Source: Ginglymostoma cirratum (taxonomy: Eukaryota). Taken from it: 64,000 bases of DNA. Shown here in pieces: positions 40,777 through 51,800 of this stretch. The stretch is taken from assembly GCA_024137785.1 (NCBI GenBank), contig JAHRHZ010000002.1, positions 14,053,250 to 14,117,249 on the forward strand, given 5' to 3'. The translations under genes were made by a program, and so were the position numbers. Under the pieces are notes generated by a model, which was given only the letters and a program-made list of their open reading frames with translations, had not been told where the DNA came from and ran no database searches. The stretch's first letter is position 1. Each line of letters starts with the position of its first letter.

Positions 40777-40901
40777 CAGAGATAGCAAGAACTGCAGATG
40801 CCGGAGTCAAAGAGAACACGGCATGGAACTGGAAGATCACAGCAGACCAAGCTAGGAGCAGGAAAACTGACGTTTCTGGTCGGGACCTTTCTTTGGAAAA
40901 T
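40777..40901 (-). mobile_element. Solo pLTR copy
   Basis: agatagcaagaactgcagatgc...ggagcaggaaaactgacgtttctggtcgggacc, same family as 46820-46953. Confidence 0.85.
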
Positions 40902-41543
40902 AGTGTATATTCAGTTGCAGAACGTGTCATCCATTTTCTTACCTGTATCCTTAACACGTTTCCTCAGTGTTTCGATTTCTAAAAAAAAGGTACAAGTACC
41001 GTATGTAAATGCACGAGAAGTTTCAAGGAAAACTCATGGCGTGTAACCAACTTGAAGGAAATCTATGCTGATTGCTCAGACATAAACAATGACATATGGA
41101 AACAATGGCATGAAAGGCTGACGTCAAAGTAAATCATGTTAGCAACAAAACGATGATAACAGTTCAACATGTAATGATACATAGCAACAGATATTCACAT
41201 AATTTCTGAAGATAATGCAGCAAATAAACGAGCAAGGTCATAAAAAAGCAATAGATCCAAAGTAAAATGAACATCAAGGCGCAGGTTGAACGAAAAAAAA
41301 CCAATGTGAACACAGGCATTTTATTCTCAGAACGGGTTATGCAATCTCAGCACTATTTTTAGTTACAGTGGTAGACTACTGGACTAACATTTCCAATAAA
41401 GTGCATCTACACCACAAAATTTCGTCATTCGAGATGCACAGCCTTTTAACAGCAGGTACCTTGTTAAAAAGAAGACTGACCTTTTCTATTCACCGACACC
41501 TACAGTAGAGATTCAAGTCTGGAAGCTGCTTTTATGTATATTG

Positions 41544-41785
41544 AACAAAACAAAGTTGCTGGAAAAAGCTCAGCAGATCTGGCAGCATCTGTGAAGATAA
41601 AAAACCCGACTTAACATTTAGAGTCTGGTGACCCTTTTCTGAGACAGTACACTGAGGAAGGGTCACTGGACGCGAAACGTTAACTCTGTTTTTCTTCTTC
41701 ACAGATGCTGCCAGACCTGCTGAGCTTTTCCAGCAACTTTTGTTTTTGTTCCTGATTTACAGCTTCCGCAGTTCTTTCGGTTTTT
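41544..41785. mobile_element. Head-to-head palindromic pLTR insertion (second pLTR family)
   Basis: Arms about 41544-41642 and 41652-41751; flanks tttatgtatattgaac (41531-41546) / tttatataaattgaac (41783-41798). Confidence 0.9.
41652..41681 (+). ncRNA. Minimal hammerhead ribozyme-like motif
   Basis: CTGAGGA-A-GGGTC-ACTG-GACGC-GAAAC-GTT; core boxes intact, one stem II mismatch. Confidence 0.5.
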
Positions 41786-44460
41786 ATATAAATTGAACCT
41801 GAACTGTAATTAAGAGGAGTGGCCACTCCTAAACTTCCAGGCAGTCCTGAAACTTCAGGCATTCAACAATATCAATCAGCATTTGAGCCATATAAAAGTT
41901 AAATTATTGTGGTGTGGTTGTCATGGATAATCCGGCAGACGTCAATGGACGTATGGTACAGTCGATGAATTACATTTCATTCCATAGAATAGCGGTTAGA
42001 AGGGGTCACAATCTCGCCAGCCTTAAGATCAGCAGCAACCTCTTCTTGAAAGAGCAGTTGTAGATCACAACAGTCCCAATGCAGCCACGTGAAGCACTGG
42101 CTCACAGAATTCATTGTTTTTGTAGGCTTCTGTGCGGCAAGCTTTCAGCCTGAGACTGGAGATACCTGCCGACAATGACATGTTTTGAGGCTAAATAGGA
42201 CTGAAAAAATATTTTTTCGTGTAATCTTATTCGTGCGTATTTTTAAAGAATCAAAAGTTATTTTCCAGACGCAGCACGCCAGCAACTTAATTTGATCATG
42301 GTGCATAGACTGAAATGGCTGGTTAGCACTAAATTAAGATGTAGCTTCAGATTAAAACAGTTTTATACTGCTTCCCTACTACTGGACACTACACTTTTGC
42401 ATGGTAATGCAACCTTTTATTTGGTTTGTCAATAAATTTATGTTCTTCACATCTGAACTAATTATCTTAGTGAATGACAATGCCTGTTGCTCCGGCTAGA
42501 CTTTGAACCAAACTATTTTACACAGAAGCATCTGGAAACTTGCTTCCAGATTGAATATACAGAGTTTTGGAACAATATACACTTCATTGTCCGGTGTCTT
42601 AAGAAAATTTGCAGGATGAGTACAGGCATGAAGGACTTCAAAAACAAGCTTTGTTCTAGTAGTTTCTATTTCTCTCTGTCTGCGCCTCTCTATCACCTTT
42701 TGTGTTTCTCCCTCCCTGTTGTTGAAGATGACTAAACTGGAAAAAGATTTATTCAATGAGTGGAAATCATTGGTAGGATTAATGACGGTATTCAAAGTAA
42801 GAATAATTTAAGTAAGATGTCCCCCAAATATTCAGAGGAACACAATTGATGTTTTGAAGATTTTTTACGCTTGCTGGTTGAAGGCAGCTCTCATTTTAAA
42901 GTGCCGCAAGGACACAAAAACATTTGTACATGATTGTGTTCAACCGTTCAATAATTTGCAAAGAAATTTCGTGACAATTCTAAGGAATTACACTTCCCGG
43001 GCCACAGTGTTTTGAATAATTATTGTTTGCAACTGGACATCTGTTTTTTTTTTGTCCTGGAATCAAGTAAACATTCAGAAAGCTAACCAACAGTCTGTAT
43101 CTCCTGAAGATCTGTAGTCCTGATAACATCACCACGACCAGTCGTCATTTCTGGAACTTCAAAGTATCCAGAAAACATGTATCTCCACCGCTGGCTGGGT
43201 AAAAACAGAATCTGAAGTCGCCAGCAGGTATTGAGGCCACGGGATATTGAAGCTTTCGCAAAAAAAAAGTCGTCAAACGAATATACATTGCAAGCACAGC
43301 TAATGTTGGATTGAAGCTACTAATGGACATGAAAACGATCACATCCTGGACCAGGGAAAATTTCTGGACTTGCCCCCTAGTTCTGAATTCTGTAATCTGG
43401 AGGGTAATTCTCTGAATTTTTCCTGAAATTACCACATAGTACTTCATTTGGTGAAATAGTGGGCGGTGGAGACATCATCTGGCGTACTTAAGAGATCTGC
43501 ATCATTTCGAAACAAGACAGTTGCAAAGATAAAAATTTTCAGAAGGTAACTATTAGTTCAACACCACCCTTGTTGAATTGACATCAAAAGAGATATGCAT
43601 TTCTCATATATACTAGTTATAGCCTATGTAGTTTTATTTTCACTTTTTCCTGGCTTGTGAAAATCTGTTTGGAACAGAAAGAGCATTTCAGGTTTGTAAG
43701 TGACGTTTTTGTTCAGGAAAAGTGATAATTAAAGCTACCGTGAACACATGATTCGTTCATAGCTGCTCAACGTAATTTGATTTTCCTTTGCCTTGAAAAG
43801 ATAACTAATAAGTATTAAAGAGATACAATGCAGGCTATTAATTCACTCCTGCTTGATTTGACCTTCAGGACATATTCGCAAAACATTCTGGTTTACTTAA
43901 CATGCGTGCACTTCTAAAAATATTAAATATTTTTTCTGAGAGATGTTCAGATATTTACCAAAGTTGGTGAAAGTTGGTCAGCAACATTATTGATTAGAAT
44001 TATCTACATTTGATCCGTGAATAAACTGCACCTTGTGGGAGATACAGATTCTGAATATTATTTACCTGAATCTTTCACGAGAAGTTTATTTTCTGTTCAA
44101 TGGAAAACGTTAATACATAGGGATGCCTCTCATCACTATATAATAACACGGACTCTCAGAGAAGATAATTAATTAGGTTTCGCTGACACAATCAAAATAA
44201 GAAGAGATACAAAACATTTCCCAAAACGCTCCCAAAATCCCCCACGCACATGCAGGTATTGTGAGAACCTATACGAATTTTCAAATACCGAATTCTGAAG
44301 TACACATTATTATTGCTTCTTTCATTCCCCACAGGAAAAGAAAATGCAAGCATGAAATTCTTTGCATGGCTTTGAGTGTTAGCCGTATCTATTTACTCAT
44401 CTAAACGAGGTATGATCTAAATTAATGACTTGTTGCTCGGAATCAATTTGTCTTTCAGAA

Positions 44461-44610
44461 CCCTCTTCCCCTCCCCCATTTCTGATGAAGGGTCTAGGCC
44501 CGAAACGTCAAGTTTTCCTTCTCCTATGATGCTGCTTGACCTGCTGTGATCATCCAGCCCCATGCTTGTTGTCTCGGATTCTCCAGCATCTGCAGTACCT
44601 TTTATCTCTG
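44461..44610 (+). mobile_element. Solo pLTR copy, young subfamily
   Basis: 44511-44610 differs from 11966-12065 at only a few positions. Confidence 0.9.
44479..44512 (+). ncRNA. Minimal type I hammerhead ribozyme motif (intact core)
   Basis: CTGATGA (44482-44488), A, GGGT-CTAG-GCCC stem II, GAAA (44502-44505), C-GTC; short possible stem I TTT/AAG. Confidence 0.65.
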
Positions 44611-46819
44611 AATTAATAAATATGTTGCCGTATTACAATTTTACTGCAGTTTTGTCCCTCTCTTTGACTCAACATCTGGCATACGCTTGTTAACAGTGCT
44701 CCAAGTTTAATTAAAACAAACCGAAAACAGTTTTCAGTGTTTTTTTTTCTCTCTGTGCTGTTTAAAGTTCTACGATGTTTTAATAATAAATGCTGCTCCA
44801 AAAAGAAAACATTGCCCTTATCGCATGAGCTACCGGACAAAGAAAGGAAAATAGTTCTATGTACCAGCATCTTCAAGCTTTTGTTTCAGATCATTCGAAT
44901 CTGCAAGGGATAAGAAAAATAAACTTATAGTTCTTCTATTTTGTCTTTCTGGTTCCATTGTGATATTTTTAGATCCAAATCCTTTGACTATGGTGTACAA
45001 ATATGAAATGGCGTCTAAAACCTGAATATATTTTGCGAAATCTTATCCATCGAATTCAGTTGTATGGGTGCTGCTCTTGTTTGAGGATCAGAGATTATAG
45101 CCTGTTTTAACATGCGGAGGACTTCCACTTTGACAACGCTCAGAGCGATAAACGATTTTGCAGTTGAGTATAATAGCAAGTCTGCTGAGCTGACTTACTA
45201 GTAATTCCTAAACATTATTTATGTTTGCACCTCGTATTAGTCTTAAATTGGCCGTTTCTTGTTGACAGCTTAGATTAAACTAGGCGAGTGAATCATTCTG
45301 TCCAGTTTATTCAATTCATATCATTTTCAACTAATCTCGTGTACTTTATGCTGCTATTTGGGGCATAATTTATCCTTCTAAACCTATTGTTCTTATGACC
45401 TCAATTGGAATTTTTAAAAAAGTGTTGCTTCACATTTAGAAAGAAAAAAAGTTTTCAAAATCCTTTTGTCTTCCTGTATGAGATCCCTCCTTAAAAGATT
45501 TGTTTTTAAATTTTGAACAAGCTTCCTAAATTCGTTCAATTTGATTCGAAGTCACCTGTTTCCAAACTCTATAGGAAATCAAATCTGCACGTTGTGCACT
45601 CATTAAGGCACCCCAAATTGAATTATAAGCACTCTTTACAGTTTACTTCTGTAAAGAGAGTTATAAATCAAATAACTGGTTGACTTTGCTGCAAAATTAT
45701 TTTGTAGGCAATCATGCAATGATATTTAGATAGATTTTCAGTTTTTCTAAAGCAATTTTTCCACGTAAAATATATGTGTAGTTGGAAATTCGAAAAGATA
45801 TACTCAAATTAAATTCACTTGTAAAGTGTATTGCAACGAATATTCATTTCTGCTGATGTAATTATTACATAATGGCAACTGTGTAACGCAAAAAAAGCGA
45901 ATAAAAATGTCCACATTCCATAGATCACAAGTTCAATTTCCAGCATGTACAGTCTTTTTTTCTTCTTTTGTTATTCCTACCCAATGAGGTGAGCTTGTTT
46001 ATCATAAGTCAGGTATGTGCTTCAAAAGATTAAAATATGCTTTGAGTAGTGATCAAAGAACGAAGATTTTGAAAGCAGAAATTCCCCTCTGTACTAGGTT
46101 ATTGCAGTCTGAACTTTTTGAAACATGTTATAGTGACTCAAATGCAGTTCCAATTTTCTGTGTGTGCCTTACGTATTTTTTAGACATTCATTTGTTTTAC
46201 ACCAATGGATGGAGAATTCGGTGTGTATCTCCTGCCATAATAATTTAATGGTTGCTCCACAATTGAATCACTTACACAATGTTTTTCTCAGGACGGTCAG
46301 AGTAAGATTTGTATGCGCTTTATTTGGGCTATTCACGGAATAATACTGATGAAATATAAGACCGAAATAAAGCCTAGAATATATTAGAGAAGGGAGTTTA
46401 TGGGAATCTGGAGAACAGACAGTTAAAACATGGTTATCTTAATCTCTTGGTCTGTGCGGTAGTGTGAGCCATTCCTCATGAGTGCCCATGATGAGCAAAT
46501 GGTCTCGTGACATCAACACATCAGGCTATGCCTGACAGTAGAGAGGCAGAAAGGTGATTCTGCTCCTGTAATAGTATCATCGATGCATTGCTCTGCTTTG
46601 AAGAAAACTGAATGCTCATTAAAGGCAGGTATTTTAATTCTTATGCCCCCTTTAGTTTCTTCAAGTCAGCCGCACACAAATTTTTCAAATACACTACCAT
46701 GAATTTCGGAAAGGCCTCCTATTATGACCCTGTGAAGATCACCCACCAACACATTTCCAAAGTATATTTTAGCCTGACTCAAGTTGCAAATATCTTAATT
46801 CACAATCATTATAACAAAC

Positions 46820-46953
46820 AGAGATAGTAGGAACTGCCGATGCTGGAGAATCTGAGATAACAAGGTGTAGAGCTGGACGAACACAGCAGGCCAAGCAGCA
46901 TCAGAGGAGGGGGAAGGCTGACGTTTCGGGTCGAGATCCTTCTTCAGAAAATG
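46820..46953 (-). mobile_element. Solo pLTR copy with 12-bp TSD
   Basis: ataacaaacaga (46811-46822) / atgacaaacaga (46954-46965). Confidence 0.9.
46920..46947 (-). ncRNA. Minimal hammerhead ribozyme-like motif
   Basis: Minus strand CTGAAGA-A-GGATC-TC-GACCC-GAAAC-GTC. Confidence 0.55.
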
Positions 46954-47515
46954 ATGACAAACAGATGTTTTTCATAGGACCAAAGTGTAATTGGGCCCCT
47001 TTGTATTTTCAACTGCGTTCAGAGACCACACTTCAAAATACTCGAGCATACTTAGCTTTTGCTTCATCAATTTCTGGAGCTCCGAGGGTGACATGGAAGA
47101 TTAGAATTCATAGGGCAGAGGAGGGATTCCCATGGATCTTTTGCATGTTGATGAACATAAAATAATTTGTATTATTATTCCTTAGTCTATATACTTAAAA
47201 TAAATGTTCGAAGTACCAGCGAAAAAAAATTACTGTGTTTCTATTATTGAGAAGCTAAAAGATTATTTTAGATGCGGGATGTCGTAAAGAGAGAATGTTG
47301 AATACTTCTGGTGATGACATTATTTATTCAAGAATTGACAGCCTGCTTGTCAAGCTGTTCACTTTACTTTCAGTTGAATTAGTAGGTACATTTTTCCTAA
47401 GAAATAAAATTTTCTTTGCATGTATTTTGTCGATGACAAAGGAAGAATGTCTTCGCACAAAGGCAAAATAATCATCTGGGAATACATCAAAAAGAGTGCT
47501 TCTAATTTCTTGCAA

Positions 47516-47968
47516 AGTGTTAACCACTGAGCCACGATACCATCTTAAATATTGACGTAGCTGAATAAGAAAAATATTGGAGAAAATTTTGCATGCAGAG
47601 TTTAAACATTTAAGAAAATATGAGGGAGGCCAAGTGGTCACCAATTTTGGTGTGATATGCATTTGTTAGAATATTGGTATTATTCGAAGAAGTGAAGACA
47701 TGAAGGACATACATATACTAATTGTTTGACCTAAAAATTCCATCCTCCTGCTTTGCCTTTGGAAACAAAAACTTATCCCAAGCATCTGCTGTTGGTATGC
47801 TACATGCTCAAAATTGTCTTCAAATGTTAACTTTTTTTATTAGTGACCACCTGGGCTCTCTCATATTTTCTTAAATGTTTAAATTCTGCATGCAAAATTT
47901 TCTCCAATATTTTTCTTATTCAGCTCCGTGAATATTTAAGATGGCGTCGTGGCTCAGTGGTTCGCACT
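47516..47968. repeat. About 125-bp inverted repeat with about 200-bp spacer
   Basis: 47516-47641 vs 47843-47968; ORFs 47324..47662(-) and 47843..48145(+) share SYFLKCLNSACKIFSNIFLIQLR. Confidence 0.95.
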
Positions 47969-48235
47969 GCTGCCACACAGTGCCAGGGACCTGCGTTCGA
48001 TCCCACTTTTGGGCAACTGTCCGTGTGGAGTTTGTACATTCTCCCCGCATCTGTATGGGTTTCCCTGGGTGGTCCAGTTTCGTCCCACAGTCCAAAGAAT
48101 GTGTGGGGTAGGTGGATTGATCATGCTAAATTGCCCAGAATGTAGATTAGGGTCTGGGTAGTATGCTCTGAGGGTTGTTGTGGACTTATTGGGCTGAAGG
48201 GCCTTCTTCTATGCTGTAGGGGTTTGATAATGATT
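47942..48235 (+). mobile_element. HE1-type V-SINE (tRNA-derived, CR1-like tail)
   Basis: A box tggctcagtgg, B box gttcgatccc, V-domain gtgtggagtttgtacattctcccc...cccacagtccaaaga, tail tgggctgaagggcc. Confidence 0.9.
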
Positions 48236-48439
48236 TTCAAGACACTATGATGTTCATTTGGTGAAATCAAATCATGCACACCTATGACTTTGCTTATTAA
48301 TTTTTCACACTTGCTGCTTCACTTAGCAACACGCTGGCTCTAATGTTGTTTATCTTTCAAGTATTTTTTGCTTGTAATGGTTCTTTAGTCTCTTACTGAG
48401 AAAGGAGATATTTGCTTATCAACGTTTGTTTTCTTTGTG

Positions 48440-48890
48440 TTGTACTTTCACTGGAGTTCAGAACATGACGGAGATCTATACCATTTTAATGTAACGAGAC
48501 AAAACTAAACATAGGAATGATATTGCATAGAAGCAATTAACATAGGAATAGAACACTGCTTGGCCATTCGACCCTGCTCCACCATTTAATATGGCCGTGG
48601 CTTAGCATCCAAATAACATTTTTTCTCTCTTTATCTACGTATGTTTGATCCCTATAGATTGATGACTAGGGAACACAGAAGCGTGAGTTATTATCTAAGA
48701 AAATGGAGCCAACCATTGTAGAACAGAGATGAGGAGAAATTACTTCACACAGAGATTGGGAATTCTCTGACTTTCTTGCCACAGAAGGCATATATGGCCA
48801 ATGCATTGAATATTATCAAGAAAGAGTTAGATATCATTATTAAGGCTAGAAGGCTCAAAGGACACGGAGAGAAACTAGAAACAAGATGAT
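48440..48890 (+). mobile_element. Degraded CR1 3' fragments (with an opposite-strand tail piece at about 48540-48650)
   Basis: gagatgaggagaaattacttcacacagag (MRRNYFTQR). Confidence 0.55.
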
Positions 48891-51800
48891 GTTAGAATAG
48901 AGACAGGCAGCTCAATCAAACCAGCTTATATCTCACCACAGGAGGCAAAATTGAAATATTCAATGATCCTCATAATTGATCCTAACAATAGATCCTAATA
49001 AGGTGTTTTTTTTTGAAAAATCGATACTTGGCACCAAGTGAACAGTTTAAACAATTCAATTAACAATTCTTTGTTGTTATATTAGATTTGATACAGCAAA
49101 ATTCAGAAAAAAGGTAATCTGATGAATGTCTACAAATTTAATCTACTCTTATTTGATTCTATTCCCCAATAGACAGGCAGTAAAAAAAAATGAAGGAATA
49201 AGGGGTAGTAAAATAGAGGATAATGTAATGTTAGCAGATTCCATGACCGGCAATGCTACAGGAACACGGAATTCAACATTGTTAGATTTCTGAAGACATT
49301 GGTAAGTGCAAATATAATCAATTAATGTTCATTCGATGCTTTCATATTAGATTCTATTTCCCAAATATTGAATAAGTTGGTAATGGTATGGTAACCGGAG
49401 AGCAATCATACGTTCTGCCTGTAGCTTTGGTAGCCACAAGCCTTCTAATACTATAAAAAATGCACATTTCAAAACCAGGTCATACTTTGGGTTTTCGTTC
49501 TGCTTTTCCCCCACAATCTGTTTGTTATAATTCTTGGTACCGGAATCCCTCTAATGGCCCAAGTTAACGTTTAATCATCTTACATCTGTTTAAGCATCAT
49601 TCTACAGGACCAAATTACCTGTAATGTTTATTGAAGAAGAGTCAGTAACTTCAAGGCCTGACCCGAGATGCAAATATTCGTTTGTTCATGCTCCTCCTCG
49701 TGCATTAGAAATGAACTGCAGCTCACAGCTCAAAGGTCACCTTTATGTCTCAGTTCATCATTCTCAATCAAGAAAATAAAGACAAAGTCATTGAGTAATC
49801 TGACAGTACAGAGTTGGAGCATCAGCCATGGAGATGTTCAACGGTGTAGCCGCCTCGATAGACCAAAAGATCTATTCCTGGTGCGAGGCCTATGTTTCCA
49901 CAATCACATAACTTGTCTGGCTATCTCTAAGTCACCATGAAAAATTGAAATAAGTGAAACCCCGCCTTTAGTATTTTAGTACCCCCGCCAAAAGTACCAC
50001 TAATATGATGTAAATGTATTACCTGCATCTTTTAAATGCAACAAATGTTCTTAAGAGAAAAAAAAGACACATTTAAAAATAGTCCGTCGCAGACATTTCC
50101 TTTATATTTACCTTTCCCGACAAATTCATTAAATATTTAAATATCAATGACAACCCCGAAAATCAGTTATGCTATTTTACTTATTCAACCTGAATTTCTA
50201 GGGAGCTCTGCAATAAACGATAAATGCTAACTACGTGAAGACATAGCAACTTCTAAGAACAATGTTTATTATAAAATGTGTTAACGGTGAAAGGACGACC
50301 CAGATGCAGCAGAAATCGTAGCAGGTGAAATTTGGAGGCAGGTACAAAGTGCAACAGAAAGAAGGGATAAATCCCAGTCGATTAAAGAAGCTTTCGGAGT
50401 TTAACTTTAAGCAGAGACGGCGTAGTATAATGCAAATCGAATGAACACGTAACGCGAAACCGGTTCTATCATTGCAGGAGTCATTTGAGTACGCGAAAGG
50501 GTCGATCTAAGCCGAGAAGTGGATAAAATGGAAATGATGGTTTGCCAGGGAAAGAAACATTTCGGAGATAGAGGCACCAGACAAAATCATGTCAAGTTAC
50601 GTCACTTATCTATGCAATAGTCAGTTCTTCACGCAACCATTTTGATGGAGATCTACCGACTATGCAGACATTATTTGCGATTTTATTTTATGTCATTCTC
50701 AGAATACATAAACTTGAACAAATGGCGAGTTTTAATAAACGGTGACAATATTATTCGTTTAGACATCAAGTGTGTAAAAAGGCGAGAACTGTGAATCAGA
50801 AACTGGAGAAGTTAGATGAATGAAGATTCAACTGTTGTCACAGTGACATGCCCAATGTTTTTAGATATCATACAGGCCATGGAATAACTTCCATTATTAA
50901 TGCTGTTTATTTTATATATCAGGCTGAGGTGACAATATAGAAGTGACTTTTTATTTGAGTTAAGAATGATGCTTTGTGAGGTAAGCCAATTGAGGCAGTG
51001 AAACATGTGGAACACAGATGTGGAAGCGGACCTATAAGGCAGGCAAAATGCGAACAGTGCATGGTAAAGCCTATTAGAGAATATGGCAGGTAGCAACTTC
51101 ATTTGATTGCTCTATCAAATATTAACTGGTGAATTCTGGCAAGAACAAGTGGCATTCTAAATTTTTTTGTTGAAGCAACGAGAGATAATTGAAAAGAAAA
51201 TTTAAAAAAACACTCTTCAAAGTCAAATAATATGCAAGTAGTTAAAAATTCAATAACAAGTTACCAAGATTTCTGGCAGAAACAGCACGATTGAAGGGAA
51301 GTGAGAGTAGTACTGATAAGAATATGAATGGTTACACAGCGCACCTCAAAGTATTTATTTTGTGAAGGCTTATTATTATGTGTAAGGACGTAAAAATTCC
51401 TAAAGAATACTTCCTCCAGCGAGAAGAGAAGGCTTTTAGTTAAAACTCAATCCACAACAGTTTGCAACATGTCTATATCGACAAAAGTATATCACAGGGA
51501 TCTGAAAGTTCCTCCAACATAGCAAATGATCTGTTCTGGTCCAAGCTGATGCTATTACTGAACAAATCAGACTTCAGACTGAAATCTGGTTTAATAGATG
51601 TTTTTCTTTCTGTGAAACAGTTTGTCATACACTGAAACACAAAACAACAATGCTGCAAATCTGTTTGGAACAGTAGCACTGACATTCATGACACACAAGA
51701 GACGAAACTTTAACAAAAAGAAAAAAAATCTTGTATAGAACATATGTTTAAAGATTTCAGAACACTTAACTTACAACCTCAGTAGCACCTTTGCAGAATC

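Noticed and set aside
45060-45150. Possible Deu-domain SINE relic
   Set aside because: Similarity too degraded to support by eye
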